Of a stretch of 32,000 bases of DNA, positions 18,410-27,669 are shown one piece after another. The notes under the pieces are model-generated. The model was not told where the DNA came from and ran no database searches. It saw only the letters and a program-made list of their open reading frames with translations. The stretch comes from Geotalea daltonii FRC-32. GTDB taxonomy: Bacteria > Desulfobacterota > Desulfuromonadia > Geobacterales > Geobacteraceae. How positions within the stretch are numbered: the first letter of the stretch is position 1; each line of letters opens with the position of its first letter. The DNA lies in the NCBI RefSeq assembly GCF_000022265.1, contig NC_011979.1, forward strand, positions 2,310,001 to 2,342,000. The letters run 5' to 3'. The position numbers and the translations under genes were made by a program.

Positions 18410-20710
18410 TTGTTACGGATAGCCAATAGACTTCTTTTTCTGATGACAATGATTGCCGTCTTCTGTGGTTCAGCCTTTGCCGATGGGGAAAAAATCTCCC
18501 AGCTGCAAATCAAGGGAAATCGCAGGATCGAATCCGCTGCCATACAGAAGGTAATCAAGGTGAAGGAGGGTGATACCCTCTTTGCCGATAAGGTGGACAG
18601 CGATGTCCGTGCCATCTACAAGCTGGGCTATTTCGAAGACGTGAAGGCAATTCTGGACAAAAGTGACGCCGGTGCCACCCTTACCTACCAGGTGACGGAA
18701 AAACCGGTGGTGCGAGAGGTAAAGATCGAAGGCAACAAGGAACTTTCCATCGACAAGATCAAGGAAGCCCTTGAGATCAAGCAGAACACGATTTTTACAC
18801 CGAAGGATCTGACGAAGAGCATCAAGAAGGTAAAAAAGCTCTATGCAGACGAAGGGTATTATCTGGCTGAAATAGACAGCAGCGTTGAGAAGCGTTCGGC
18901 TACTGAAATCAGGATCATGCTGAAAATAAACGAGGGTAAGAAGGTCCTGATCAAGACCATCCGCTTTGAGGGCAACAAGGCTTTCTCCGCCAGGAGGCTG
19001 AAAAAGGCCATGGAGACCTCGGAACGTTGGATGTTCTCCTGGCTTACCGGCGCAGGCACCTATAAGGAAGAGGTGCTGAAGAACGATGTCAATCTCATTT
19101 CGGACCTTTATTTCAACGAAGGCTATATAAACGTCAAGATAGGCGAACCGGCGGTTCGCGTTCTGGAGGACAAGAGCGGTCTGGAGGTGCTGATCGGCAT
19201 CACCGAAGGGGACCAATACAAGGTGGGAACGTTGGGATTCAAGGGGGAAATGCTGGACTCCCAGGAGACTTTCTCCAAGATGCTGAAAATCAAAAGCGGA
19301 GAGGTTTTCAACCGCAGCACCTTGAGAACTGATGTCTTCACCCTGACCGATTTCTATGCCGACAAGGGCTATGCCTTTGCCAACATAACTCCTTTGACCA
19401 AGGTCAATCCTGAAGCAAAGATCATCGACATCACCTTTGATATGGAAAAAGGTGAAAAGGTATATATCGACCGCATCAATATCAGCGGCAACACCAAGAC
19501 CCGCGACAAGGTCATCCGCCGGGAATTGAAATTTGCCGAAGGTGATCTCTACGGATCTACCCCCTTGAAGCGGAGCAAGCAGAACTTGATGAACCTTGGT
19601 TTTTTCGAAGAGGCCAACCTGGTCACGGCTAAGGGAAGTGCCGATAACAAGCTTGATCTGAATGTGGATGTGAAGGAAAAAGCTACCGGCACCTTCAGTA
19701 TCGGTGCAGGCTACAGTTCCCTTGACGGGATTATCGGTCAGGGCTCCGTTCAGGAGGCGAACTTTCTCGGCTTGGGGCTTAAGGCTACGCTTTCGGCTTC
19801 CCTTGGCGCCAAAACCCAGACCTACAATGTGGGACTGACCGATCCATATTTCCTTGACACCAGATGGACCGTCGGTGCTGATATTTATCGCACCGAACGG
19901 GACTATACGGATTTTTCCCGACGGGTTACCGGTGGCGACATCAAGGGGGGCTATCCCCTGAGCGACACCCTGAGCACTTTCTGGATCTACAAGTATGAGC
20001 AGAAGGAGATCTTCGACGAATCCGTATCCCTGCTGGAAAGTATCAAAAATGGTACCGTCACCTCCGAAACAACCGGCACCACCAGTTCCATAACCGCCAG
20101 TCTGACCAGCAACACCACCGATTACCGCCTCGATCCTTCCCGTGGAATGATGAATACCCTTTCCGCTGAATTTGCCGGACTTGGCGGCACCAACCGGTTT
20201 GCCCGCTATATTACCGAGAATGCCCTCTATCTCCCTGCCGGTTGGGGTGGTGTATTTTCCCTGCGTGGCACCTTCGGCTACATCCAGAGTGTGGGGAAAG
20301 AAGTCCCGATCGACGAGAAATTCTATCTTGGGGGGATCAACACCCTGCGCGGCTATAGCAGCAGAACTGTCAGCCCTTACAAATTGGTGTCCACGACCAA
20401 CAGCGATGGAACGATCAGTTCCGATAATTTGTACCTGGGAGGGGATACTGAACTCATTTTCAATGCCGAGTATCAGTTTCCTCTTTTGAAGGATGCGGGG
20501 CTTAAGGGGGTAATATTCTTCGATGCCGGGAATTCATACGGCAGTATCGGAGATATATTTACCCGCTTCCAGACCAGTTATGGCGCCGGCATCCGCTGGT
20601 TTTCACCCATCGGCCCCTTGCGTCTCGAATACGGAATACCCGTTAATCCCCGTACTGGTGTAGACAGTGCTGGCGGTAAACTGGAATTTTCAATAGGAAG
20701 TTTTTTCTAA
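18410..20710 (+). CDS. bamA: Outer membrane protein assembly factor BamA
   Basis: 766-aa ORF with a TTG start after GGGGG; the ATG at 18443 is the alternative. It has a signal peptide, repeated POTRA-like units (I.I.GN......I), a C-terminal beta-barrel region and a terminal F. The skp-lpxD-fabZ-lpxA-lpxB genes follow downstream. Confidence 0.9.
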   Translation: MLRIANRLLFLMTMIAVFCGSAFADGEKISQLQIKGNRRIESAAIQKVIKVKEGDTLFADKVDSDVRAIYKLGYFEDVKAILDKSDAGATLTYQVTEKPVVREVKIEGNKELSIDKIKEALEIKQNTIFTPKDLTKSIKKVKKLYADEGYYLAEIDSSVEKRSATEIRIMLKINEGKKVLIKTIRFEGNKAFSARRLKKAMETSERWMFSWLTGAGTYKEEVLKNDVNLISDLYFNEGYINVKIGEPAVRVLEDKSGLEVLIGITEGDQYKVGTLGFKGEMLDSQETFSKMLKIKSGEVFNRSTLRTDVFTLTDFYADKGYAFANITPLTKVNPEAKIIDITFDMEKGEKVYIDRINISGNTKTRDKVIRRELKFAEGDLYGSTPLKRSKQNLMNLGFFEEANLVTAKGSADNKLDLNVDVKEKATGTFSIGAGYSSLDGIIGQGSVQEANFLGLGLKATLSASLGAKTQTYNVGLTDPYFLDTRWTVGADIYRTERDYTDFSRRVTGGDIKGGYPLSDTLSTFWIYKYEQKEIFDESVSLLESIKNGTVTSETTGTTSSITASLTSNTTDYRLDPSRGMMNTLSAEFAGLGGTNRFARYITENALYLPAGWGGVFSLRGTFGYIQSVGKEVPIDEKFYLGGINTLRGYSSRTVSPYKLVSTTNSDGTISSDNLYLGGDTELIFNAEYQFPLLKDAGLKGVIFFDAGNSYGSIGDIFTRFQTSYGAGIRWFSPIGPLRLEYGIPVNPRTGVDSAGGKLEFSIGSFF

Positions 20711-20732
20711 CCATGTTCATAAGGAGAAACGG

Positions 20733-21257
20733 ATGAAAAGCATTATTATTCTTGCGGCAGTCTCTATCTTTTCGCTGGGCATCACCTCGGCTGCTTTTGC
20801 TGCTGACGGGGCCAAAATCGGTTCGGTCGATGTTCAGAAGGTGCTCCTCCTGTCCAATTCGGGCAAAGAAGCAAAGGAACAACTTGCCCAGAAGGCCAAC
20901 AAGTACGAAGCAGAGAAGAACGCCAAGGATGAGGAGCTGAAAAAACTGAAGACCGACCTGGAAAAACAGAGCGTTCTGCTTTCCGAGTCGGCCCGGAGCA
21001 GCAAAGAACGTGACTATCAGCAGCGGCTCAAGGAATATCAGCGTTTTCTCAAGGATGCCCAGGATGATCTGCAGGCCAAGAATGACGAACTGACCAATCG
21101 CATAGTCGACGAGGTCGTCAGGGTCACCCAGGATTTTGCCCGCAAGAACGGCTACACGGTCATCTTCGTCAGGAATGAGACCATGATTTACCTGGATGAC
21201 AAGGCTGACCTTACCGACCAGATCCTGAAACTCTTCAATGACAGCAAGAAAAAATAA
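20733..21257 (+). CDS. skp: OmpH/Skp-family periplasmic chaperone
   Basis: 174-aa ORF with SD AAGGAGA and a signal peptide. The body is K/E/Q-rich and coiled-coil-like. It occupies the conserved position between bamA and lpxD. Confidence 0.85.
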   Translation: MKSIIILAAVSIFSLGITSAAFAADGAKIGSVDVQKVLLLSNSGKEAKEQLAQKANKYEAEKNAKDEELKKLKTDLEKQSVLLSESARSSKERDYQQRLKEYQRFLKDAQDDLQAKNDELTNRIVDEVVRVTQDFARKNGYTVIFVRNETMIYLDDKADLTDQILKLFNDSKKK

Positions 21258-21261
21258 TGCC

Positions 21262-21331
21262 GTGAAGGGTGAAGAGTGAAGAGTGAAGAGTGAAGAGTGA
21301 AGAGTGAAGAGTGAAGAGTGAAGAGTGAAGA
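21262..21331. repeat. Heptanucleotide tandem array: GTGAAGG x1 + GTGAAGA x9
   Basis: Read directly from the sequence. The units have exact 7-nt phasing from 21262 and the array starts 5 nt after the skp stop. Confidence 0.95.
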
Positions 21332-21349
21332 GGGGCAACTGCTTTTTTC

Positions 21350-21377
21350 TCCTCACCCCTAACTCCTTACCCCTCTC
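21350..21377. repeat. Four degenerate heptads of opposite polarity (TCCTCAC CCCTAAC TCCTTAC CCCTCTC)
   Basis: The reverse complement reads GAGAGGG GTAAGGA GTTAGGG GTGAGGA, the same GTnAGGn family as the plus-strand arrays. It ends just upstream of the lpxD SD. Confidence 0.55.
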
Positions 21378-21398
21378 TGTTTACCGAAAGGTGATAAC

Positions 21399-22445
21399 GT
21401 GGGAAAAACACTGAAGGAAGTGGCTGAATACCTGGGTGGACGGGTAATCGGCGACGAAAATGCCGTGGTAGGAGGTCTGGGCACCCTTGACGATGCCGGG
21501 GAGGGGCAGATAACCTTCCTTGCCAATCCCAAATATGCGCAGAAGGTTGCCACTACCAGGGCTACTGCTGTCATACTGCCCCCCGGCGCACCAGGGCACG
21601 GCAGGAATGTGATCGAGGTTTCCAATCCCTATTTGGCCTTCGCCAAACTGCTGACCCTGTTCTACGTGGCTCCGCCAAAGGCCCTGGGTGTAATGGATGG
21701 CGCTGTCATCGGCCAGGGAGTCGCCATGGGCAAGGACATTTCCATCTATCCCGGAGCCCATGTGGCCGACGGGGTCAAAATGGGAGACCGGGTTACCCTT
21801 TATCCCGGCGTTGTGCTTTATCCCGGGGTCGAACTGGGAAGCGATGTCACTCTCCATGCCAATGTGGTCGTTCGTGAGCGCTGCCGGATCGGCAACCGGG
21901 TCACCGTTCACAGCGGCACGGTGATCGGCACTGACGGTTTCGGCTATGCCCCGGACGGCAAAGACTGGTACAAGATTCCGCAGATCGGCATTGTCATCCT
22001 CGAGGATGATGTGGAGATCGGTTCAAATGCGGTGATCGACCGGGCAGCGCTTGAGGCGACCATTATCGGTCGCGGGACCAAAATCGACAACCTGGTGCAG
22101 ATCGCCCACAACTGCGTCATCGGCGAGAACTGCATGATCGTGTCCCAGGTGGGGATTTCCGGCAGCACAAAGGTCGGCAACCACGTGACCATGGGAGGAC
22201 AGGTCGGGGTCGCAGGGCATATCCAGATCGGCGACAATGTCATGGTCGGAGCCAAATCGGGGGTGCCGGGCAACATTCCGGCTAACCAGATAGTCAGCGG
22301 CATACCGGCTTTTGCCCACCGGGACTGGCTCAAGGCATCGAGCGTCTTCCCCCGGCTGCCAGAACACCGGAAAACTTTGGCCTCTCTGGAAAAACGGGTC
22401 CAGGAGCTGGAAGAGAAGCTCAAGGCGGATGAAAAAGTTAAATGA
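21399..22445 (+). CDS. lpxD: UDP-3-O-acylglucosamine N-acyltransferase
   Basis: 348-aa ORF with a GTG start after GAAAGGTGA. It has an N-terminal uridine-binding-like region, long left-handed beta-helix hexapeptide repeats and a C-terminal helix. It lies in the conserved skp-lpxD-fabZ order. Confidence 0.9.
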   Translation: MGKTLKEVAEYLGGRVIGDENAVVGGLGTLDDAGEGQITFLANPKYAQKVATTRATAVILPPGAPGHGRNVIEVSNPYLAFAKLLTLFYVAPPKALGVMDGAVIGQGVAMGKDISIYPGAHVADGVKMGDRVTLYPGVVLYPGVELGSDVTLHANVVVRERCRIGNRVTVHSGTVIGTDGFGYAPDGKDWYKIPQIGIVILEDDVEIGSNAVIDRAALEATIIGRGTKIDNLVQIAHNCVIGENCMIVSQVGISGSTKVGNHVTMGGQVGVAGHIQIGDNVMVGAKSGVPGNIPANQIVSGIPAFAHRDWLKASSVFPRLPEHRKTLASLEKRVQELEEKLKADEKVK

Positions 22446-22481
22446 TAGTACTGTTTTAATTGCCTCGTTAAGGAGCCTGTT

Positions 22482-22922
22482 ATGATGGACATCAATGAAA
22501 TCATGAAGATATTGCCCCATCGCTACCCCTTTCTCCTGGTGGACAGGATAGTTGAGATGGAACCGGCCAAGCGCATCGTCGGACTGAAAAACGTGACAAT
22601 CAATGAGCCCTTTTTCCAGGGCCACTTCCCCGGTCACCCGGTTATGCCGGGTGTGCTCATAGTTGAAGCCATGGCCCAGGTTGCCGGAATCATGGCTTAC
22701 CTGGCTTCCGATGAGGAAACGCGGAAAAAGGTCAGCTATTTCATGTCCATCGACAGCGCCAAGTTCAGAAAGCCGGTGTTTCCCGGGGACCAGTTGCGGA
22801 TCGAGATTGAAACCATCTTCCATCGCCGTGGCATCTGGAGTGTTGCCGGAAAGGCTTTTGTTGGCGACGTTCTCGCCACGGAAGCTGAACTGAAAGCAAC
22901 CTTTGCCGAAAAATCAAACTGA
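22482..22922 (+). CDS. fabZ: 3-hydroxyacyl-ACP dehydratase
   Basis: 146-aa ORF containing LPHRYPFLLVDRI and the FFQGHFPGHPVMPGVL active-site block. Confidence 0.95.
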   Translation: MMDINEIMKILPHRYPFLLVDRIVEMEPAKRIVGLKNVTINEPFFQGHFPGHPVMPGVLIVEAMAQVAGIMAYLASDEETRKKVSYFMSIDSAKFRKPVFPGDQLRIEIETIFHRRGIWSVAGKAFVGDVLATEAELKATFAEKSN

Positions 22923-22937
22923 AGGCCGGAGAAAAAA

Positions 22938-23714
22938 ATGATACATTCGACTGCAGTGATACACTCCGGGGCAGAGCTTGCCGCTGATGTTGAAATAGGA
23001 CCCTATGCCATTATCGGAGAGCACGTGAAGATAGGCCGGGGAACGAAGGTAGGCGCCCATGCAGTTATCGACGGCTGGACTACTATCGGCGAATACAACC
23101 AGATTTTTCACCTGGCGTCCGTCGGTGCTGTGCCCCAGGATCTCAAATACAAGGGAGAAGAGACCTATCTGAAGATCGGCGACCGCAATATAATACGCGA
23201 ATTCGCCACCCTGCATCTGGGAACGGTAACCGGAGACGGTGAGACAACGGTAGGCAATGGCAACCTCTTCATGGCCTATTCCCATGTGGCCCATGACTGC
23301 CATGTGAGAAATGGTGTGGTCATGGCCAATGCGGCAACCCTGGCCGGCCACGTGACAGTGGAAGATTACGCCATCCTGGGAGGGTTGTGCGCCATACATC
23401 AGTTTACCCGGATTGGCGCCCATGCCATGATCGGTGGCGGCACCCTGGTCGGCATGGATATTCCCCCTTACACGATTGCCACCGGAGACCGGCGGGATGC
23501 CCGGTTGCGGGGGCTTAACCTGGTGGGACTGAAGCGGCACAACGTCAGCGATGAGGTCGTTTCGGCCCTGAAGAAGGCATACAAGATCCTTGCTTTGTCA
23601 GACATGAAACTGAAAGACGCCATCGAAAAGATCAAGACTGAGATTCCTTCCTCCCCCGAAATGGAGCATTTCATCACCTTCATCGAATCGGCCCAGAGGG
23701 GTATCTGCCGCTGA
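22938..23714 (+). CDS. lpxA: Acyl-ACP--UDP-N-acetylglucosamine O-acyltransferase
   Basis: 258-aa ORF starting MIHSTAVIHSGAEL. Hexapeptide repeats are followed by the LpxA C-terminal helical domain (GLNLVGLKR...). Confidence 0.95.
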   Translation: MIHSTAVIHSGAELAADVEIGPYAIIGEHVKIGRGTKVGAHAVIDGWTTIGEYNQIFHLASVGAVPQDLKYKGEETYLKIGDRNIIREFATLHLGTVTGDGETTVGNGNLFMAYSHVAHDCHVRNGVVMANAATLAGHVTVEDYAILGGLCAIHQFTRIGAHAMIGGGTLVGMDIPPYTIATGDRRDARLRGLNLVGLKRHNVSDEVVSALKKAYKILALSDMKLKDAIEKIKTEIPSSPEMEHFITFIESAQRGICR

Positions 23715-23742
23715 TTTTAACTCATTGTATCCACGTTTATCC

Positions 23743-23780
23743 GAAGGTGACGGTTGTTATCGTCGCCTTCGCCAATTTTT
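23743..23780 (+). terminator. Hairpin plus offset T-run between lpxA and lpxB (possible attenuator or partial terminator)
   Basis: GAAGGTGACG (23743-23752) pairs with CGTCGCCTTC (23761-23770) over 10 bp including one G-U. It is followed by GCCAATTTTT. The T-run is displaced by 5 nt, so function is uncertain. Confidence 0.3.
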
Positions 23781-23831
23781 GACGTAATTTTTTTCCGGGA
23801 ATTATCTTTGGTTCAAGGTGCAAGAAAAATA

Positions 23832-24965
23832 ATGATATCTGCCGGCGAGGCATCCGGCGACATGTACGGAGCCGTGCTCGCAAGAGAAATCTCCGCTCTT
23901 GATTTTAAAACCGCGTTTATCGGCATGGGCGGACCGGGAATGCGTGCTGCCGGTGTCGAGACAGTGGTCGACGCCAACGAAATGGCTGTGGTCGGACTGG
24001 TAGAGGTGATTGCCCATTTTCCGGTTATCGTCAAGGCCTTCAACACGCTCAAAAACATCCTGCATTCGGATCCGCCGGACCTCCTCATCCTTATCGATTA
24101 CCCCGATTTTAACCTGCGCCTGGCCAAGGTTGCCAAAAAGGCCGGTGTGAAGGTTCTTTACTTCATCAGTCCACAGGTCTGGGCATGGCGGGCCGGGCGG
24201 GTGAAGAAAATAGGCCGCGTGATAGATCAAATGGCGGTGCTGTTTCCCTTTGAGGTGCCATACTACGAAAGGGAGCAGGTGCCGGTTACCTTCGTCGGGC
24301 ACCCACTGCTGGATATGGTCCGTCCCACCATGACGAAGGCTGAGGCAACGACCAAATTCGGTCTGGCCGATGGGCGGAGGGTGATCGGCCTCTTTCCGGG
24401 CAGCCGGCGCGGTGAAATAAAAAGTCTGTTTCCGGTGATCCTTCAGTCAGCGCGCCTGCTCAAGGATCGTCACCCCGACATTGAATTCGTCCTGCCCCTG
24501 GCATCAAGCCTGAAGAGGGAAGAGCTCCAGCCGTCATTGGATGCCAGTGGGCTTGAGATAAAGGTGGTGGAAAATGCCACCCATGATGTGATACAGGTCT
24601 GTGATGCCATCATCACCGTTTCGGGAACGGTAACCATGGAGATAGCCATTCTCGGCGTGCCCATGGTGATCATATACAAGGTGTCGCCCTTCACCTATGC
24701 GGTGGGCAAGCGCCTGATCAAGGTTGATCATATCGGTATCTGCAACATAGTTGCCGGGGAGCGTGCGGTCAAGGAGCTGATTCAGCACGACGCCGAGCCG
24801 GAGAAAATTGCAGCTGAAATTACTGCCATACTGGAAGATACAGAATACGCAATTAAAATCCGCAAGAGCCTAGCAGCGGTTCCGGCAAAACTCGGCAGTG
24901 GCGGGGCTCTGCACCGGGTGGCGCAGCTGGCGCTGAGCTTGATGAGAGAGAATGAAAAGACATGA
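23832..24965 (+). CDS. lpxB: Lipid-A-disaccharide synthase
   Basis: The ORF track starts at TTG 23754, which lies inside the hairpin above. I prefer ATG 23832 (MISAGEASGDMYGA, 377 aa); TTG 23808 is an alternative. The AGEASGD N-terminal motif is typical of LpxB, and the gene ends in an ATGA overlap with msbA. Confidence 0.88.
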   Translation: MISAGEASGDMYGAVLAREISALDFKTAFIGMGGPGMRAAGVETVVDANEMAVVGLVEVIAHFPVIVKAFNTLKNILHSDPPDLLILIDYPDFNLRLAKVAKKAGVKVLYFISPQVWAWRAGRVKKIGRVIDQMAVLFPFEVPYYEREQVPVTFVGHPLLDMVRPTMTKAEATTKFGLADGRRVIGLFPGSRRGEIKSLFPVILQSARLLKDRHPDIEFVLPLASSLKREELQPSLDASGLEIKVVENATHDVIQVCDAIITVSGTVTMEIAILGVPMVIIYKVSPFTYAVGKRLIKVDHIGICNIVAGERAVKELIQHDAEPEKIAAEITAILEDTEYAIKIRKSLAAVPAKLGSGGALHRVAQLALSLMRENEKT

Positions 24966-26680
24966 GTTTATTCAGCCGCATTGTTTCCTATAGCCGCCGT
25001 CACTGGTGGCGGATTCTGATAGCCGCAGTGGCCTCCATAGGTGTCGGGGCCATGGACGGTGCCTTTGCCTACCTGGTCGAACCGACCTTGAAAAAGATAT
25101 TTGCCGGCAAGGACATGTTCATTTTCACCCTGTTGCCCGTTGCCATTATTTTCCTCTTTGCCTTGCGCGGCGCCTGCCGTTTTACCAATGACTACTTCAT
25201 GCGCACTGCAGGCCAACTGGCAGTCCAGGATGTGCGCAATCAGATTTACCAGCGCAACATGGGACTTGGCCTTGGATTCTTCAACCGCAACCCGACCGGA
25301 GTTCTGATGTCGCGGGTCCTCAATGACGTGAGCATGATGCAGGAAGCAGTCGGCAATATCATCACCGGCCTCTTCCGCGATGGGTTTTCCGCCGTCTCGC
25401 TCCTGACGGTCATTTTTTACCGCAACTGGAAGCTGGCCCTAATTACCTTCATCGTCATTCCTCTTACGGTGCTGCCGGCGCAAAAGATTGGCCGGCGCAT
25501 CAAGAATCTGGCCAAGCATGGTCAGGAAAAGATGGGTGAGATAGCCAGCGTTCTACAGGAGACCTTCTCCGGCATCAAGGTGATCAAGGCGTTTGGCCTG
25601 GAAGAACGGGAAATACAGAAATTTTTCGCCATAAACCGCCAATTCTACTTTTTTACTCGCAAGAATATTAAATACGAGGCGCTGTCTGCGCCGATCATGG
25701 AGATTATAACCTCTTTGGGCATTGCCGCCGTCATCTGGATCGGCGGCAACGACGTCATGCAGGGGAGGATGAGCGCCCCTGAGTTCTTCTCATTCATTAC
25801 GGCGATGGTTCTGGTATATACGCCGATCAAGAGATTGATCAATGCGTACAATGCAATGCAGCGTTCACTTGGGGCTGCTGAACGGGTCTTCGAAATCATC
25901 GATGAGAAGCCTGAAATAGTGGATCGTCCGGATGCGGTTGAACTGGAGAGGGTTAGCGGCAATGTGGCGTTACAAGGAGTTTCCTTTCGGTATAACGACG
26001 ATTACGTGTTGAGAAATGTCAACCTTGAGGCGCGCAAGGGGGAAGTGGTAGCCTTTGTCGGCCCGTCCGGCGGAGGTAAGACTACCCTGGTCTCCCTGAT
26101 TTCCCGTTTTTACGATCCGACCGAGGGGGCTGTCCTCATGGACGGCAAAGATATCCGGCAATTCAAGCTGAAGAGTGTGCTCAGGCAGATCGCCCTGGTC
26201 GACCAGGAGACGATCCTGTTCAATGACACCCTGGCCAACAATATCCGTTACGGGATGACCGACGCCACCGACGCCCAGGTGGAGGCCGCTGCCAGAGCTG
26301 CCTTCGCCCATGATTTCATCATGGATATGCCCATGGGATATGAAACCGGCATCGGCGACCGGGGGGTCAGGTTGTCCGGGGGGCAGCGCCAACGGATCTG
26401 CATTGCCCGGGCTATTCTCAAGGATGCACCGATTCTCATCCTGGACGAGGCGACCAGTGCCCTTGATACCGAGAGCGAGCAGATGGTGCAGAATGCCCTC
26501 AATAACCTGATGGCCAACCGCACTACCTTCGTCATCGCCCATCGTCTTTCCACCATTCTCCATGCCGGCAAAATCGTAGTTCTGGACAAGGGTGAAATTG
26601 TCGAATCCGGCAACCATGAAGCCCTGCTGGCCCTTGGCGGCCTCTACTCGAAGCTTTATGAAATGCAGTTTCAGGACTGA
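24962..26680 (+). CDS. msbA: Lipid A export ABC transporter, fused permease/ATPase
   Basis: 572-aa ORF with a 6-TM exporter domain followed by an NBD (GPSGGGKTT, LSGGQRQR, ILILDEATSALD). It is embedded in the lipid A cluster. Confidence 0.85.
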   Translation: MSLFSRIVSYSRRHWWRILIAAVASIGVGAMDGAFAYLVEPTLKKIFAGKDMFIFTLLPVAIIFLFALRGACRFTNDYFMRTAGQLAVQDVRNQIYQRNMGLGLGFFNRNPTGVLMSRVLNDVSMMQEAVGNIITGLFRDGFSAVSLLTVIFYRNWKLALITFIVIPLTVLPAQKIGRRIKNLAKHGQEKMGEIASVLQETFSGIKVIKAFGLEEREIQKFFAINRQFYFFTRKNIKYEALSAPIMEIITSLGIAAVIWIGGNDVMQGRMSAPEFFSFITAMVLVYTPIKRLINAYNAMQRSLGAAERVFEIIDEKPEIVDRPDAVELERVSGNVALQGVSFRYNDDYVLRNVNLEARKGEVVAFVGPSGGGKTTLVSLISRFYDPTEGAVLMDGKDIRQFKLKSVLRQIALVDQETILFNDTLANNIRYGMTDATDAQVEAAARAAFAHDFIMDMPMGYETGIGDRGVRLSGGQRQRICIARAILKDAPILILDEATSALDTESEQMVQNALNNLMANRTTFVIAHRLSTILHAGKIVVLDKGEIVESGNHEALLALGGLYSKLYEMQFQD

Positions 26681-26686
26681 GAAACG

Positions 26687-26749
26687 GTGATTGGTGATTG
26701 GTGATTGGTGATTGGTGAGGAGTGAGGAGTGAGGAGTGAGGAGTGAGGC
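26687..26749. repeat. Heptanucleotide tandem array: GTGATTG x4, GTGAGGA x4, GTGAGGC x1
   Basis: Read directly from the sequence. It occupies 63 of the 76 nt between the msbA stop and the next ATG. Confidence 0.95.
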
Positions 26750-26756
26750 GGGGACA

Positions 26757-27662
26757 ATGAGAAAGCTGCAGTGGCGCCTGGAAACAGCGATCTTTATCCT
26801 GTTTTCTTTTGTCATTTCCCTGATCCCGAACAGGATTGCCATTTTCCTGGGGCAAATGCTGGGACGCCTGCTTTTCAATCTGCTGAAGCGGCGCCGGAAA
26901 ATTGCCATTGACAATATCACCGCTACGCTTCCTTTTCTTCAGGGATGTGAAGGGTGGAACCCTGCCCACGGTACAGCTCAGGCAATTGCCAGGAGAACCT
27001 TCGAAAATCTTGGCAGGTCCCTGGTGGAGGATTGCAAAATATACCACGGCCGCGGCAGCCACATCATTAGTGCCGTTCAGTTCAGAGGGCTTGAACATTA
27101 CGAGAACGCCCTGGCTAAGAATAAGGGAATTGCCTTTATTACCGCCCATTGCGGCAACTGGGAGGTCATGGCGTTATCATTCGGGGTTCGGATCAAGGAG
27201 CTGTCAGTGGTAGCCAGACGTCAGGATAATGCCTACCTTAACAATGTGCTGGAAAAAATCCGCAGCGGTTATGGGAACAGGGTCATTTACAAGCATGGGG
27301 CACTGAAGCCGATGATCGCCGAGTTCAGGAAGAACAATATTGTCGGTGTCCTCGTGGATCAGGCTGTTATGTCCAATGAAGGGGTGCTGGTGAAATTCCT
27401 TGGACGCAACTGCTGGACAACGAAACTACCCACCATCATATCCCGCAAAACCGGAGTCCCTCTGATTCCGGCATTCGTCCACCGGGAAGGGGACAGCCAC
27501 GTGGTACAGTTCTATCCTGAGATTGAGCCTGACCTGGCGCAGGAAGGTGATGACGGTGTCCGGGCTGACACGGCGGCTCTTTTGTCCGTGCTCGAGGATT
27601 ACATCGTCAGGTATCCCGATCAATGGTACTGGATACATAACCGCTGGAAGAGAGTTCCCTAA
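26757..27662 (+). CDS. Lipid A biosynthesis late acyltransferase (LpxL/HtrB/MsbB family)
   Basis: ORF 26736-27662 starts at a GTG inside the repeat array, so I trimmed it to ATG 26757 (301 aa). It has an N-terminal TM helix and an HX4E/D acyltransferase motif (AHCGNWEV). It lies between msbA and waaA. Confidence 0.8.
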   Translation: MRKLQWRLETAIFILFSFVISLIPNRIAIFLGQMLGRLLFNLLKRRRKIAIDNITATLPFLQGCEGWNPAHGTAQAIARRTFENLGRSLVEDCKIYHGRGSHIISAVQFRGLEHYENALAKNKGIAFITAHCGNWEVMALSFGVRIKELSVVARRQDNAYLNNVLEKIRSGYGNRVIYKHGALKPMIAEFRKNNIVGVLVDQAVMSNEGVLVKFLGRNCWTTKLPTIISRKTGVPLIPAFVHREGDSHVVQFYPEIEPDLAQEGDDGVRADTAALLSVLEDYIVRYPDQWYWIHNRWKRVP

Positions 27663-27669
27663 CCCTCAC

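Noticed and set aside
20643-21356. Minus-strand ORF with a perfect peptide repeat (LFTLHSS x4). A similar repeat-containing ORF lies at 25970-26920(-), reading …LLTPHSSLLTNHQSPITNH….
   Set aside because: The peptide repeats are simply the heptanucleotide arrays read through, since 7 nt x 3 gives a 7-aa period. Both ORFs are otherwise antisense to skp or to msbA and the acyltransferase gene, and both lack an SD.
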